Counted from the first letter of the stretch, positions 20,481 to 32,368 are shown. The stretch is DNA of 61,392 nucleotides from Bacillales bacterium UBA3207 (GCA_002363735.1 DEWP01000017.1:1-61392); one strand, 5' to 3'. Numbers and translations are program-made. Notes: generated from the sequence alone by a model not told the origin.

Positions 20481-21352
20481 TGAAAAGTGGCTTTGTTGCA
20501 ATTATTGGCCGACCAAATGCTGGTAAGTCAACATTAATCAACGCTCTTTTAGAGCGAAAGCTTTCAATTGTAACTGAAAAAGCCCAAACAACACGCAATT
20601 CAATTAAAGGAATTTATGACGACGATGAATACCAAATTATATTTATCGACACTCCGGGTATTCATTTAGCTCATCACTCTCTAGGTCGATATATGAACCA
20701 ACAAGCTTTTGCCTCAGCGAAAGATGTTGATGCAATCGTTCTTGTGGTGGATGGAAGTAGAAAATTTGATGCTGGAGACACAGCAATCCAAGAAAAAATT
20801 GATCAAAACATTCCATTATTTGTTGTGATCAATAAAATTGATTTACTTCGACTTCCTGAAGTTATTGAAATTAAAAACAAATATCATGAAGTTTATCCAA
20901 ATGCTGAATTGATTGAAATGTCAGCGATAGAAAACTTTGGCATTGACACTCTACTTGAAAAAATTAAGCCACTCATTAAGGAAGGACCTCGATATTTTGA
21001 AAAAGATGCAATTAGCGATCGAGATCCATCATTCTTTGTTTCAGAAGTTATTCGTGAAAAATCTTTAAAGATTTTAAAAGATGAAGTTCCTCACAATTTG
21101 GCTGTTCGTGTCGATAAAATTAAAAACCAAAAAGATAAATGCATTATTGATGCAACAATCATTGTCGATAAAGATTCTCATAAGGGAATTGTGATTGGCA
21201 AAAACGGTAAACGCATTAAAGCAATCGGCATGCAATCACGTGTTGATTTAGAAGAATTCTATGGAAAGAAAGTTTTCTTAGAATTATTTGTTTCAGTCAA
21301 AGAAGATTGGCTGAATAATCAAAGATTATTAAAAGAACTTGGTTATAATTAA
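20480..21352 (+). CDS. era: GTPase Era
   Basis: GRPNAGKS, QTTR, DTPG, NKID, KH-domain VIGKNG. Confidence 0.98.
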   Translation: MKSGFVAIIGRPNAGKSTLINALLERKLSIVTEKAQTTRNSIKGIYDDDEYQIIFIDTPGIHLAHHSLGRYMNQQAFASAKDVDAIVLVVDGSRKFDAGDTAIQEKIDQNIPLFVVINKIDLLRLPEVIEIKNKYHEVYPNAELIEMSAIENFGIDTLLEKIKPLIKEGPRYFEKDAISDRDPSFFVSEVIREKSLKILKDEVPHNLAVRVDKIKNQKDKCIIDATIIVDKDSHKGIVIGKNGKRIKAIGMQSRVDLEEFYGKKVFLELFVSVKEDWLNNQRLLKELGYN

Positions 21353-22065
21353 TGGAAATTGATGGTCTCGTACTACGAGTTACTCCATATCGCGATTATG
21401 ATGCGATGGTTTTGGTGATTAACAAAAAATCATCTTATTCATTTTTAGCCCGCGGTGTTCGTAAAGTGACATCGAAAAATTCATTTAGTATCCAACCTTT
21501 CACCGAATCTCATTTTGATTTGTTAAAAACAAAAGATGGACTTTCTTTAAAAACCGGAGTTGTTTTAAAAGCTCATGAGAAAGTTCGTTCTTCATATAAT
21601 GGCCTATTGATGTTTGATTTCCTTAGCGAAGTTACTTCGAAGTTTCTTGTAGAAAAAGATTTTCCAAAAGTTTATCCGTCAATTAAAAAGATTATTGAAC
21701 TTTTAGAGACTGGATTTGACCATTACACACTGGCAATTATCTATTTAGCATCGATTTTAAATGCTTCTGGTTATGGATGGAATATTCATTCATGTCAAAA
21801 ATGCGGTCAAAAAGACGGCATCGTTGCTTTAAACACATCAAGTGGAGGATTTATCTGTCAAAATTGTTTTGATGGCTCTAACGGGGCTAAATTATCTCCA
21901 CGTTTATTAAAAATAATTCGTTATATTTTCATGGTGCAACCAGAAATGTATGATCACATCTCATTTGAGAAAGAGGAATGTCTCCTCATTCTATCTTTAT
22001 TAGAAGAATTCATTGTTGGAACAGTGGAATTCAACATAAAATCTTTAAAATTACTTCAAAATTAA
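21352..22065 (+). CDS. recO: DNA repair protein RecO
   Basis: GLVLR..Y.DYD, ARGVRK, CQKC...CQNC zinc site; follows era. Confidence 0.9.
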   Translation: MEIDGLVLRVTPYRDYDAMVLVINKKSSYSFLARGVRKVTSKNSFSIQPFTESHFDLLKTKDGLSLKTGVVLKAHEKVRSSYNGLLMFDFLSEVTSKFLVEKDFPKVYPSIKKIIELLETGFDHYTLAIIYLASILNASGYGWNIHSCQKCGQKDGIVALNTSSGGFICQNCFDGSNGAKLSPRLLKIIRYIFMVQPEMYDHISFEKEECLLILSLLEEFIVGTVEFNIKSLKLLQN

Positions 22066-22097
22066 CCAAAAAATAATTAAAATACACTCATAGTAGG

Positions 22098-22126
22098 TTG
22101 ACAAGTAGTGTTTTCAAGCACATTAT
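22098..22126 (+). promoter_or_regulatory. Sigma-A promoter of glyS
   Basis: TTGACA-17-CATTAT, 29 nt before the ATG. Confidence 0.65.
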
Positions 22127-22155
22127 GTTCGCATTCAATTTATTGAGGTATCACA

Positions 22156-23523
22156 ATGGAAAAGAAATTTGATGAAATCGTAAATCATTTAATTACGAGC
22201 GGTTTTGTTTATCAGGATAGTGAAATCTATGGTGGATTATCTAATTCCTGGGATTTTGGTCCGCTCGGAGTCGAATTAAAAAACAATATTAAGAAATTAT
22301 GGTGGAAGAAATTTGTTCAAGAATCACCAACCAATGTTGGTGTTGATGCCGCCATTTTAATGAATCCAAATGTTTGGAAAGCAACTGGACACGTTGCAAC
22401 ATTTGCCGATCCATTAATTGACTGTAAAGAATGTCACGCTCGTCATCGCGCTGATAATTTAATTGAAGAACAATATCCAGAAGTGGATGTTCATGGAATG
22501 AACAATGATCAACTGATGGAGTTTATTCGTGAAAAGAAAGTGAAATGTCCAGTTTGTGGCAAATCAAACTTTACCGACATTCGTCAGTTTAATATGATGT
22601 TCCGCACTCATATTGGCGTTACTGAAGCTAGTGAATCACTTGTCTATCTCCGTCCAGAAACGGCACAAGGCATGTTTGTAAACTTTAAAAATGTTCAAAG
22701 AACATCTCGCCGTAAAATTCCATTTGGTATTTGTAATATTGGTAAATCATTCCGTAACGAAATCACTCCGGGAAACTTTATTTTCCGTGTTCGTGAATTC
22801 GAACAAATGGAAATGGAATTCTTCTGCAAACCAGGAACTGACTTAGAATGGTTTAGTTATTGGAAAGACTATTGTCTTCACTTCCTTGAATCATTCAATA
22901 TTAAAGAAGAAAACCTTCGATATCGTGACCATGAACCAGAAGAATTAGCATTCTATAGCAAAGCGACATGCGACGTCGAATATAAATTCCCATTCGGTTG
23001 GGGAGAAATTCTCGGCGTAGCCGATAGAACTGATTATGACTTGAAACGTCATATGGATGCTTCTGGAGAATCACTTGAATACCTTGATCCAGAAACAAAC
23101 GAGAAATATGTTCCATATTGTATTGAACCATCAATGGGTGTTGAACGTATCTTCTTAATGCTGGCATGCGAAGCATATGATGTTGAACAACTTGAAAATG
23201 ATTCACGTGTTGTGATGCATTTCTCACCAAAGGTTGCTCCATATTTAGCGGCTGTTTTACCATTAAGCAAACAATTAGCTCCACAAGCTAAAGAAGTTTT
23301 AGCGAAGCTAAATAAATATTTCTCAATTACTTATGATGAAACTGCCAGCATCGGTAAACGTTATCGTCGTCAAGATGCGATTGGTACACCATATTGCATT
23401 ACTGTTGACTTCGATACAGCAACTGATGGATGTGTTACAATTCGTGACCGCGACACAATGGAACAAGTTCGAATTCCAGTTAGTGAAGTAAAAGATTTCC
23501 TAGAAAGTAAGGTTATTGATTAG
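22156..23523 (+). CDS. glyS: Glycine-tRNA ligase, alpha2 (eukaryote-like) type
   Basis: [50 protein letters not shown]. Confidence 0.97.
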   Translation: MEKKFDEIVNHLITSGFVYQDSEIYGGLSNSWDFGPLGVELKNNIKKLWWKKFVQESPTNVGVDAAILMNPNVWKATGHVATFADPLIDCKECHARHRADNLIEEQYPEVDVHGMNNDQLMEFIREKKVKCPVCGKSNFTDIRQFNMMFRTHIGVTEASESLVYLRPETAQGMFVNFKNVQRTSRRKIPFGICNIGKSFRNEITPGNFIFRVREFEQMEMEFFCKPGTDLEWFSYWKDYCLHFLESFNIKEENLRYRDHEPEELAFYSKATCDVEYKFPFGWGEILGVADRTDYDLKRHMDASGESLEYLDPETNEKYVPYCIEPSMGVERIFLMLACEAYDVEQLENDSRVVMHFSPKVAPYLAAVLPLSKQLAPQAKEVLAKLNKYFSITYDETASIGKRYRRQDAIGTPYCITVDFDTATDGCVTIRDRDTMEQVRIPVSEVKDFLESKVID

Positions 23524-23564
23524 TAAATATTTAGTTTTTATTTAGTAGATTATAAACGCAGTTT

Positions 23565-25376
23565 ATGGCAATTAATTACGATGTATTAAAAGAAATTAAA
23601 GAACGAGCAGATATCGTTGATGTTATCTCGTATTTTTTGCCAAGCGTTCAAAAGAAAGGACGTAACTATGTTTGTATCTGTCCTTTCCACGATGATCACA
23701 AACCATCAATGCAAATTTCTAAGGAAAGACAAACGTTTAGATGCTTTGTCGATAACATTGGCGGTGATGTTTTTACCTTTGTTCAGCAATATGAAAAATG
23801 TTCCTTTGAAGAAGCTGTACTAAAAGTAGCTGAAATTATTGGCTATGATGATCCTCGTCTACATGAGAAAAAGTATGTTAAACCAGTTGATAACAACTTA
23901 GTTCCAATCTATCAATGTATTACTGAAGTTCATAAATACTATAAGTATTGTTTAACAACTGACGAAGGTAAAATCGCTCGTGAATACTTAGAAAAAAGAC
24001 AAATCAGTCCAGAACAACAACTTAAATTTGGTTTAGGTTACGCATTAAAAGATGGCAAGATGACCATTGAATATCTCAAACAAAAAGGATTTTCTTTTAA
24101 AAATATTGAAGATACAGGCATCGCCTTATTACAAACTAGCGGAATGAGTGATAATAACGCCGGAAGATTAATCTTCCCTATTCTAGACAAGAATGGTCAA
24201 GTTGTTGGTTTTTCAGCTCGAAAAATGACAAGTGGTGATGATACTCCAAAATACGTTAATTCGCCAGTTACAAAAATCTTTAATAAAGGAGTAATTCTTT
24301 ATAACTTCAACAACGCAAAACAAACTATTAAACACGATGGCTACATTTATCTAGTCGAAGGTTTCATGGATGTTTTTGCTCTTGATAGCATCGGAATTAC
24401 TTCCTGTGTTGCTTTAATGTCAACAAAGTTGACAAAACAACATATCGATGAATTAAGAAAACTTAATGTCGAGATTCGTGTTTGCTTAGACGGCGATAAA
24501 CCAGGTCAAGAAGCCATGATGCGAATTATTTCACAATTAAATGAAGCCAACCTTCGTTCAAGATATGTGAGTAAAACTGGTGAACTACGTGATCCAGATG
24601 AAATCTTAAAACAAGATGGTCCGGAAGCTTTGAAAACTTATGTTAATTCACTTGTTGATCCATTTGATTTCATTATCAATTATTACGAATCAACATCTCC
24701 ATTAAATTCATCTGAAGATAAGAAAAAAGTGATTAATCACTTTGTCCCAATGATTGCTCGACTTCACTCTGAACTAGATGCTGATAATTATATTTATAAA
24801 TTAGAAAAAATTACTGGATTTACTGCACAAGCGATCCGCAATTTAGTTAGTAAATACAAATCCGGCCAGAAAGAGGTCGTTGTTAACAATAAAACAGATC
24901 ATTTTGAAAACCATCAAACGAAAAAAGTTCCTGCCGAACTACGTCGATTAGAAAATGCAGAAAGTTTATTAATTAAGCAAATGCTTGTTGACCAACGTGC
25001 GGTGGAGTTTTTCGAACAAAAAATTAAATATTTCTATAACGAAAATTATCGTATTCTCTCAAATTTCATCGTGGATTATGTTCATACTTACAAAGGTGAA
25101 CAAGTTTCCCCAAGTGCATTAATTGACATGGTGAATTTGTCAGGAATCGAACAAAAAGATGAAATTGTTAATTTATTAACAACTTTATCATTTCAACTTT
25201 TATCAATCGAATATTCCCCACAAACATTACAAGATTGTGAAAAAGTTATTCTTGAGGAAAGAGCAAAAGCTTACGAACGATCAAGGCTTCGTCAAGCAAT
25301 TGAAGGAAAAGACATTCACGAGCAGGCTCGGCTTGCTGATGAATATCTTAAATCAATATTAAAAGAGTCAAAATAA
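23565..25376 (+). CDS. dnaG: DNA primase
   Basis: CPFH zinc finger, PKYVNSP, VEGFMDV, LDGDKPG TOPRIM, DPD. Confidence 0.97.
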   Translation: MAINYDVLKEIKERADIVDVISYFLPSVQKKGRNYVCICPFHDDHKPSMQISKERQTFRCFVDNIGGDVFTFVQQYEKCSFEEAVLKVAEIIGYDDPRLHEKKYVKPVDNNLVPIYQCITEVHKYYKYCLTTDEGKIAREYLEKRQISPEQQLKFGLGYALKDGKMTIEYLKQKGFSFKNIEDTGIALLQTSGMSDNNAGRLIFPILDKNGQVVGFSARKMTSGDDTPKYVNSPVTKIFNKGVILYNFNNAKQTIKHDGYIYLVEGFMDVFALDSIGITSCVALMSTKLTKQHIDELRKLNVEIRVCLDGDKPGQEAMMRIISQLNEANLRSRYVSKTGELRDPDEILKQDGPEALKTYVNSLVDPFDFIINYYESTSPLNSSEDKKKVINHFVPMIARLHSELDADNYIYKLEKITGFTAQAIRNLVSKYKSGQKEVVVNNKTDHFENHQTKKVPAELRRLENAESLLIKQMLVDQRAVEFFEQKIKYFYNENYRILSNFIVDYVHTYKGEQVSPSALIDMVNLSGIEQKDEIVNLLTTLSFQLLSIEYSPQTLQDCEKVILEERAKAYERSRLRQAIEGKDIHEQARLADEYLKSILKESK

Positions 25377-25401
25377 GCCACATTGAAAGGAAGGATGAGA
25401 T

Positions 25402-26688
25402 ATGGCAAAGAAAGAAGTAAAAAAGACTGCTAAAAAGGCGAAAGCAGTCAAAGAAGTTAAGCCAACAAAAGAAAAGAAGGTTCTCAAAGTAAGCGATGAT
25501 GACGGTGAAGAAATTGTTAATCAATCACACGTTTTAGAAAATATTAAAAAAGATCTTCTTAAGAAGGCTAAAGAAAACGATAACACAATTGAGCAAGAAG
25601 AAATCTATGATGCAACTTCAATGCTTGATTTAACCGATGAAGATTATGAAGGAATCATTGCCTACTTCACATCAAACAAAGTAAATGTCATTTCGAACGA
25701 AGAAGATATCGAAGATATCGACTTTGATGAATCAAAGATGAACGAAGGTGACATGGATCTTGGTGATGATGATATGATGGGAGACGATGACATCCAAGAA
25801 GAAGAAATTACCGCTGATCTTTCCAAAATGATTGTTGGTGATGTCAAAGTCAATGACTCTGTTAAAATTTATCTTCGTGAAATTGGTAAAGTCCCACTAT
25901 TAACAGCACAACAAGAAACTGAATTAGCCAAACGTATTGCTGCTGGAGATGAACAAGCAAAACAAGACTTAATCCAAGCTAACTTACGTTTAGTTATCGC
26001 TATCGCTAAGCGATATGCTGGTCGTGGAATGCCATTTTTAGATCTCATCCAAGAAGGAAATATGGGCTTAATTAAAGCTGTTGATAAATTTGACTATACC
26101 AAAGGTTTTAAATTCTCAACATACGCTACATGGTGGATTCGCCAAGCAATCGCTCGAGCGATTGCTGACCAAGCTCGTACAATTCGTATTCCTGTTCATA
26201 TGGTGGAAACCATTTATAAAATTACTCGTGCTCAACGTCAACTTGTCCAAGAACTTGGACGTGAACCAACAGCAGAAGAAATTTCTGATCGTTTAGAGGG
26301 CGCTTTAAGTGCCGATCGTATTCGCGAAATTCAACGAATTAATCAAGAACCAGTCTCTCTAGAGACTCCAATTGGAGAAGAAGATGATTCCCACTTAGGA
26401 GATTTCTTAGAAGATAAGGAAGTGGAAACTCCAAACGAATACACAACAAAATCTCTTCTAAAAGACGAACTTTATGAAGTGATGTCAGATTTAACTGAAC
26501 GTGAACAAAAAGTTCTTAAATTACGTTATGGTTTAGAAGATAATCACCCAAGAACTCTTGAAGAAGTTGGCAAAGAATTTAACGTTACCCGTGAACGTAT
26601 TCGTCAAATTGAAGCGAAGGCCATTAAGAAACTTCGTCATCCAAACCGCGCTAAAAAGCTCGGTGATTATCGAGGATATCGTTCCTAA
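25402..26688 (+). CDS. sigA: Primary sigma factor SigA (RpoD)
   Basis: [57 protein letters not shown]. Confidence 0.99.
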   Translation: MAKKEVKKTAKKAKAVKEVKPTKEKKVLKVSDDDGEEIVNQSHVLENIKKDLLKKAKENDNTIEQEEIYDATSMLDLTDEDYEGIIAYFTSNKVNVISNEEDIEDIDFDESKMNEGDMDLGDDDMMGDDDIQEEEITADLSKMIVGDVKVNDSVKIYLREIGKVPLLTAQQETELAKRIAAGDEQAKQDLIQANLRLVIAIAKRYAGRGMPFLDLIQEGNMGLIKAVDKFDYTKGFKFSTYATWWIRQAIARAIADQARTIRIPVHMVETIYKITRAQRQLVQELGREPTAEEISDRLEGALSADRIREIQRINQEPVSLETPIGEEDDSHLGDFLEDKEVETPNEYTTKSLLKDELYEVMSDLTEREQKVLKLRYGLEDNHPRTLEEVGKEFNVTRERIRQIEAKAIKKLRHPNRAKKLGDYRGYRS

Positions 26689-27311
26689 TGAAACTTTCCC
26701 AAAGACTTTTAACAATCGCTTCTTTTGTTAAACAAAACTCATTTGTTGCTGATGTTGGCGCCGATCATGGCTTATTATCAATTTATTTAATTGAAAATTG
26801 TCACGCTCAAAAAGTCTTTGCGGTCGAAAATAAAGTTGGTCCGTTATCTATTTTAGAGAAAAACACTAAAAATTATCCAAACATCACCGTTTCATTAAGC
26901 GATGGTATTAGTCAAATTCCTTCTGATGTTAATGTCGTTATTATCGCTGGAATGGGTGGGATTTTAGTTAGTGATATTCTTAAAAAGAATCAAGATAAAT
27001 TAGAAAACGTTCAGCAAATCATCGTTGATGCTCATCGAGACCAAGATTTAGTACGAAAAACATTAATCCAATTAGGATACAAAATCGAACAAGAAAAAAT
27101 TGTTCATGAAAAAGTTTACTATAACGTTATTTCCTTTATAAAAGGAAGACAAGGGTTAACACAAAACGACATTGAATTTGGCTACAAGATTAAATCTGAT
27201 CCGTTATTCAGTGAATATAAACAATCTTTATTAGAACATTATAAAAAGATTTATCAACAAAATAATTCTTTAGAATTAAAAGAGAAAATCGAAAGGTTAG
27301 AATCATTATGA
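26688..27311 (+). CDS. trmK: tRNA m1A22 methyltransferase TrmK
   Basis: LSQRL, ADVGADHG, IAGMGG; follows sigA. Confidence 0.92.
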   Translation: MKLSQRLLTIASFVKQNSFVADVGADHGLLSIYLIENCHAQKVFAVENKVGPLSILEKNTKNYPNITVSLSDGISQIPSDVNVVIIAGMGGILVSDILKKNQDKLENVQQIIVDAHRDQDLVRKTLIQLGYKIEQEKIVHEKVYYNVISFIKGRQGLTQNDIEFGYKIKSDPLFSEYKQSLLEHYKKIYQQNNSLELKEKIERLESL

Positions 27312-28081
27312 ACACAATTAAATTGTTACGTAATTTAGCAAAACGCTTCCCAAAATCACTTGCTGATCATGGTGACCATGTTGGTTTAATGACTGGACGA
27401 TTAAAAGAAGAAACAAAAACTATTTTGCTTTGTCTTGATTTTGATGAAATTGTTTATGATAAGATTCTTTCTATGAAAGAAAAACCAGATTTAATCTTAA
27501 CGCATCATCCATTTATTTATGGAACAAAATATCGTGTCTTTAAACATAATGAATTTAAGAAAATTCTTTGTGAGAAAATTGATGCATTAGATATTCCAGT
27601 TTATTCCATGCACACCAATTTTGATAAAGGTGTCGGTGGAATGAACGACGCATTAGCTGAAGCAATGGAACTAACTGATATTAAGCCTCTTGAAACTTGT
27701 TATATGGCGCGTGGTGGTCGACTCAAAAAACCAATGGAAATTCATGATTTTGCATTGTATGCAACAAAAAAGCTAAATCTTGAATATTCGCATCTTACTC
27801 ATGGCGGTAAAGATATCATTGAAACTGTGGCTGTTTTAGGTGGTGGAGGTTCGTATAAATATCGCAACGCTCTTTTAGAAGGCTATGATATTTATCTTTC
27901 TGGAGATACACCTCATCATATTCGCCGTGATGTTTTATCGCAGCATTATAATTACTTAGACATTCCACACGAAGTCGAAAAGATTTTTGTTTCGCAAATG
28001 AAAAAGATCCTGTTAACGATTGATCCAACATTAAATGTTATTGAAATCAACCACGAGGATCTACCAGAACTAATTCATTAA
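27308..28081 (+). CDS. Nif3-like dinuclear metal protein (YqfO/YbgI family)
   Basis: THHPFIY, MHTNFD, YLSGD, HEVE. Confidence 0.9.
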   Translation: MNTIKLLRNLAKRFPKSLADHGDHVGLMTGRLKEETKTILLCLDFDEIVYDKILSMKEKPDLILTHHPFIYGTKYRVFKHNEFKKILCEKIDALDIPVYSMHTNFDKGVGGMNDALAEAMELTDIKPLETCYMARGGRLKKPMEIHDFALYATKKLNLEYSHLTHGGKDIIETVAVLGGGGSYKYRNALLEGYDIYLSGDTPHHIRRDVLSQHYNYLDIPHEVEKIFVSQMKKILLTIDPTLNVIEINHEDLPELIH

Positions 28082-28939
28082 GGATTCAATTTCTTTTTTA
28101 ATATCAAGTGTGACTTCTTTTGGAGTAGATGCTCCAGAAGAGATTGCAATATAACGAAGACCTAAAAGGTCTTTTTTATTTAAATCATTTTTGTTTTCGA
28201 TCATTAAAACCTTCGCATTTGGATGGGAAGTTTTGGCGATTTCAAACAAAGTTTTTGTGTTATTGGAGTTTTTTCCTCCAACAACATAGATTAAATCAAC
28301 ATCCTGAGAAACATTCCTTAAGGCGTTTTGTCTTAATGATGAGGCTTGGCAAATTGATGGGGAAACATCGGCACTAGGAAATCTTTCTTTAATAAAATCA
28401 ATCGCATTAGCGATTTCTAGCTCCGAAAATGTTGTTTGGCTAATAATTAACGGATGTGAATAAACATCGTCTAAAACAACGTTTTTTGGCTCAATTAAAT
28501 GAACTTTAGAGCTAATTGAAAGTGCCGCATTAGCCTCTGGATGGTTTTTCTTTCCTAAATACAAGACATCGCGATTTTCTAGCACAGCTTTCTTGATGAC
28601 ATTTTCAGTTAAAGTGACAAACGGGCATGTCGCATCAACAAAATGAATGTGACGTTTATTTAATTCATCTTCAACTCGTTTATCGTGACCATGTGCAGTT
28701 AAAATAACAATAGAGTTGTTTGGAACTTTTTCGATAAGATCTAACAGAGTTAGATTTGCATTATAAATCGTTGAAATTCCTGCTTCTTTTAAAACGTTTA
28801 GAGCATCTTGATTATGAACAAGCATTCCAAGAACAACAACATTTTGACTAATGTATTCTTTTTTAACCTTTAAAGCAATTTGGATTGCTCTTTCAACTCC
28901 GGCGCAATAGCCAAATGGTTCAAGAATTTCAATTTTCAT
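28070..28939 (-). CDS. ispH: HMBPP reductase IspH
   Basis: GYCAGVERA, AHG, DATCPFV, ICQAS..RQ, SNN, SGASTP. Confidence 0.96.
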   Translation of the reverse strand: MKIEILEPFGYCAGVERAIQIALKVKKEYISQNVVVLGMLVHNQDALNVLKEAGISTIYNANLTLLDLIEKVPNNSIVILTAHGHDKRVEDELNKRHIHFVDATCPFVTLTENVIKKAVLENRDVLYLGKKNHPEANAALSISSKVHLIEPKNVVLDDVYSHPLIISQTTFSELEIANAIDFIKERFPSADVSPSICQASSLRQNALRNVSQDVDLIYVVGGKNSNNTKTLFEIAKTSHPNAKVLMIENKNDLNKKDLLGLRYIAISSGASTPKEVTLDIKKEIESLMN

Positions 28940-28945
28940 GGACTT

Positions 28946-28978
28946 ATCATAACACGAAATAGATTTTTCGTGTATAAT
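28946..28978. promoter_or_regulatory. Overlapping divergent promoters of ispH and cshB with a central inverted repeat
   Basis: Minus TGtTATGAT (28946-28951), plus TATAAT (28973-28978), and ACACGAAA-N6-TTTCGTGT between them. Confidence 0.6.
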
Positions 28979-28994
28979 AAGCGCGGTAAAAAAT

Positions 28995-30353
28995 ATGCCA
29001 TTTACTGCTATTAACTTATCTAAAAAAATGATTGCTAGCTTAAACCGCCAGCATTTTTATGATCCTTCTGAGATTCAATTAAGAGTTATTCCAAAAGCAT
29101 TAAAAGGTGAAAATTTGTTGATTCAATCAGCAACTGGAACGGGTAAGACTTTATCTTTTGTTATTCCAATTCTTGAAAGAATTGATTTAGATAATCAAAA
29201 TTTACAATCAATTGTGGTGGCTCCAACTAGAGAACTTGCGGAACAAATTTTTAATACTTTTGTTTCCTTTAGTAAAGATTATCCAGAACTCAAAGTTCGC
29301 TTATTTAAATCTGGAACAGAAAGAGAAAATTCGCTTAAAGGTCTTTCGATTGCTCCGCACATTATTGTTGGAACACCTGGAAGATTAGCGGATATTTTCG
29401 ATCAAAACGTGATTTCTTTATCTTCTGTTAAAACAATTGTTTTAGATGAAGCTGACATGCTTCTAAAGGAAGGATTTTTCGCAGATATTGATCGATTTGT
29501 TTTAAAAATCGAACATCCTCAATTCCTTGTTTGTTCGGCAACATTAGAAGCAAATTTAGGGCATGAATTAGAAAAATATATTGGCGCTGATCAACTTGTC
29601 ATTAACGAAGAAATTATGACAAGTAGCACAGTGAAACATATTCTTGTGGATATTGCTCATCAAGATGTAAATCAATGTGTTTTATCTATGATAAAAGAAA
29701 TTCATCCTTATTTGCTTTTAATCTTTGCTTCTAAGAAAGAAACAGTCAATAAGATTTATACATTCCTAAAATCAAATGGTGAACCATGTGGTTTATTAAC
29801 TGGTGATCTTTCCGCTCGCGAAAGAAAGAACGTTTTAAAGCGAATTAAAAATGGTGAAATCTATTATTTAGTTTGCTCCGACATGGCCGCTAGAGGTTTA
29901 GATTTAGACGATGTAACCGACATTATTAATGTCGACCTTCCTGAAAATCTAGACTTCTATTATCATCGTGCTGGAAGAACTGGTCGATTTGGAAAAGAAG
30001 GAAAATGTTATACATTTTATAACAATGAACACACCAATAAACCATTACTATTAAAAGAACAAGGTGTCCAATTTACTTATCTTTCATTACGTGATGGACA
30101 TTTAAAAGAAGGTAATGAGATTGCAAAACCTCACCCAGTCAGTAAAAAGAAAGATTCTGAACTTGATCAAAAAATTCGTAAAGTGGTTAATCTTTCCAAA
30201 GGAAAAAATAAAAAAGTTAAACCTGGATATAAAAAGAAAGTTCGCGAAGAAGTAAAAAAAGTAAAACAACAGCATCGTCGCGAAATTATCAAAAAAGATA
30301 TTCGTCGTCAACGAGTAGAAAGATACAAAAAAGAGAATCGTCAAAATGGATAA
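28995..30353 (+). CDS. cshB: DEAD-box RNA helicase (CshB-like)
   Basis: [30 protein letters not shown]; Lys-rich tail; precedes nfo. Confidence 0.85.
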   Translation: MPFTAINLSKKMIASLNRQHFYDPSEIQLRVIPKALKGENLLIQSATGTGKTLSFVIPILERIDLDNQNLQSIVVAPTRELAEQIFNTFVSFSKDYPELKVRLFKSGTERENSLKGLSIAPHIIVGTPGRLADIFDQNVISLSSVKTIVLDEADMLLKEGFFADIDRFVLKIEHPQFLVCSATLEANLGHELEKYIGADQLVINEEIMTSSTVKHILVDIAHQDVNQCVLSMIKEIHPYLLLIFASKKETVNKIYTFLKSNGEPCGLLTGDLSARERKNVLKRIKNGEIYYLVCSDMAARGLDLDDVTDIINVDLPENLDFYYHRAGRTGRFGKEGKCYTFYNNEHTNKPLLLKEQGVQFTYLSLRDGHLKEGNEIAKPHPVSKKKDSELDQKIRKVVNLSKGKNKKVKPGYKKKVREEVKKVKQQHRREIIKKDIRRQRVERYKKENRQNG

Positions 30354-31221
30354 AGAAGAACTTTATATTGGCTCACATGTTTCAATGTCAGCTCCAGATT
30401 ATTATTTAGGATCGGTGAAAGAAGCACTTTCCTATGGAGCAAATACTTTAATGTTTTATACAGGTGCTCCACAAAATACATTTCGTTTGCCACTAGAAAA
30501 ATTAAAGATTAATGAAGGTCGTGCTCTTTTAAAAGAGCATGGTCTAGATGAAAATAAGATTGTTGTTCATGCTCCTTACATTATCAACATCGCTAATCAG
30601 CTTAATCCTAACGTCTATGATATTGGCAAAAAAGCACTTCAAATTGAACTACAAAGAACTGCTGCTTTTGGTGTCAAAATCATGGTTCTTCATCCGGGAA
30701 GTCACGTCGGAACAGGCGTTGAAAACGGTTTAGATTCGATTGTTAAAGCTCTTGATGAAGTTTTAGATCAAGATCGAACTGACGTCAAAATTGCCTTAGA
30801 AACAATGGCTGGAAAAGGTGGTGAAATGGGCTCGACATTTGAGCAACTCGCCACAATTATTTCTCGCGTTAAACATCCAGAAAGAATTGGTGTTTGTCTT
30901 GATACTTGTCACATCTCTGATTATGGATACGATATCAAAGATATCGATAATGTTTTAAAACATTTTGATGAAACAATTGGATTAGATAAATTACTTTGCC
31001 TTCATATTAACGATTCTAAAAATGAATCTGGCTCACATAAAGACCGGCACGAAAACATTGGCTATGGAACAATTGGCTTTGACGCTTTAGATAAAGTTGT
31101 GCATCATCCTTTGCTAAAAGATCTTCCTAAATTGTTAGAGACTCCGTTTGTCAACGATAAACCTCCTTATAAGGAAGAGATTGAAATGTTAAAAAAATCC
31201 CAGTTCGTAAACTGGAGATAA
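30346..31221 (+). CDS. nfo: Endonuclease IV
   Basis: [44 protein letters not shown]. Confidence 0.97.
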   Translation: MDKEELYIGSHVSMSAPDYYLGSVKEALSYGANTLMFYTGAPQNTFRLPLEKLKINEGRALLKEHGLDENKIVVHAPYIINIANQLNPNVYDIGKKALQIELQRTAAFGVKIMVLHPGSHVGTGVENGLDSIVKALDEVLDQDRTDVKIALETMAGKGGEMGSTFEQLATIISRVKHPERIGVCLDTCHISDYGYDIKDIDNVLKHFDETIGLDKLLCLHINDSKNESGSHKDRHENIGYGTIGFDALDKVVHHPLLKDLPKLLETPFVNDKPPYKEEIEMLKKSQFVNWR

Positions 31222-31223
31222 TT

Positions 31224-32282
31224 TTATAATTTTAAGATTAGTTTAGTAAGTTCCTCGTAGATTTGACTATCAGGAACTTTTTTAATAATTTTATCTTTTT
31301 TAAAGATAACCCATTCGCCTTTTCCGCCAGCGCAACCAATGTCAGCGCGTTTAGCTTCGCCTGGACCATTCACAATACAACCCATTACAGCAACTGTTTT
31401 ATTTATTTTGTTTTCTTCTAAGAAGGTCGCGATTTTATTCGCAAGCGGAACTAAATTAACTTGTGTTCTTCCACATGTTGGACAAGAAATTAAATTTGGA
31501 TAATCATTTCGAATTCCAAGATCTTTTAATAATCTTCGACAAGCACGAACTTCTTCAACTGGATCATCACTTAAAGAAATACGAATTGTGTCGCCAATTC
31601 CTTCAAGAAGAAGCGGTGCAAGTCCACATGTAGAACGGATTAAACCAACATCTTTTGGACCAGCTTCCGTAATTCCTAAATGTAATGGATATTGAAACTT
31701 TTTGCTAGCTAGGCGATATGATTCGATTGTTTCTAAAACGTGAGAGCATTTCAAAGAAATGACAATATCATAAAAATTTAAATCTTCTAAGATTTTGACC
31801 ATTCTAGAAGCCGATTCAACAAGTTCATTTGCTGTTAATAAAGCAGTGTTATCATTCACTTCTTTATCAATTGATCCGGAATTAACTCCAATTCGAATTG
31901 GAAGATGTTTTTCTTTACACAATTCAACGACTTTTTTGACATTTTCTTTAGAACCGATGTTTCCTGGATTAATGCGAATCGCATCTGCTCCAGAATGAAT
32001 TGCTTCAATGGCTAAACGATAATCAAAATGAATATCTGCGATTAAAGGAATAGAAATTAATTTTTTAATCTCTTGAATTGCTTTTGCATCTTCAAAATCA
32101 AGTACACTAACGCGCATCAAGTCTGCTCCAAGAGCAGCACAGGCGTTAATTTGATTTGCAACTTCTTTGAAGTTGGAGGTTTTAATATTACACATTGATT
32201 GGATTAAAACTTTGTTTTGTCCACCAAGTGTAATTTTTCCAACTTGAATTTGTTTAGTTTTTTCTCGAGCTAACATAGGCAT
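31224..32282 (-). CDS. ispG: MEcPP reductase IspG
   Basis: IQSM, ADIHF, RINPGN, RIGVNSGS, GDTIRISL, SCPTCGR, MGCIVNGPGEA. Confidence 0.98.
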   Translation of the reverse strand: MPMLAREKTKQIQVGKITLGGQNKVLIQSMCNIKTSNFKEVANQINACAALGADLMRVSVLDFEDAKAIQEIKKLISIPLIADIHFDYRLAIEAIHSGADAIRINPGNIGSKENVKKVVELCKEKHLPIRIGVNSGSIDKEVNDNTALLTANELVESASRMVKILEDLNFYDIVISLKCSHVLETIESYRLASKKFQYPLHLGITEAGPKDVGLIRSTCGLAPLLLEGIGDTIRISLSDDPVEEVRACRRLLKDLGIRNDYPNLISCPTCGRTQVNLVPLANKIATFLEENKINKTVAVMGCIVNGPGEAKRADIGCAGGKGEWVIFKKDKIIKKVPDSQIYEELTKLILKL

Positions 32283-32368
32283 GATTTGATTATATCATTC
32301 TTAAAATATCTTGTAGATATATTTTTAGGTCTGTGCTATTATCTTACTTGCTGACGGAGGAAATAGTA

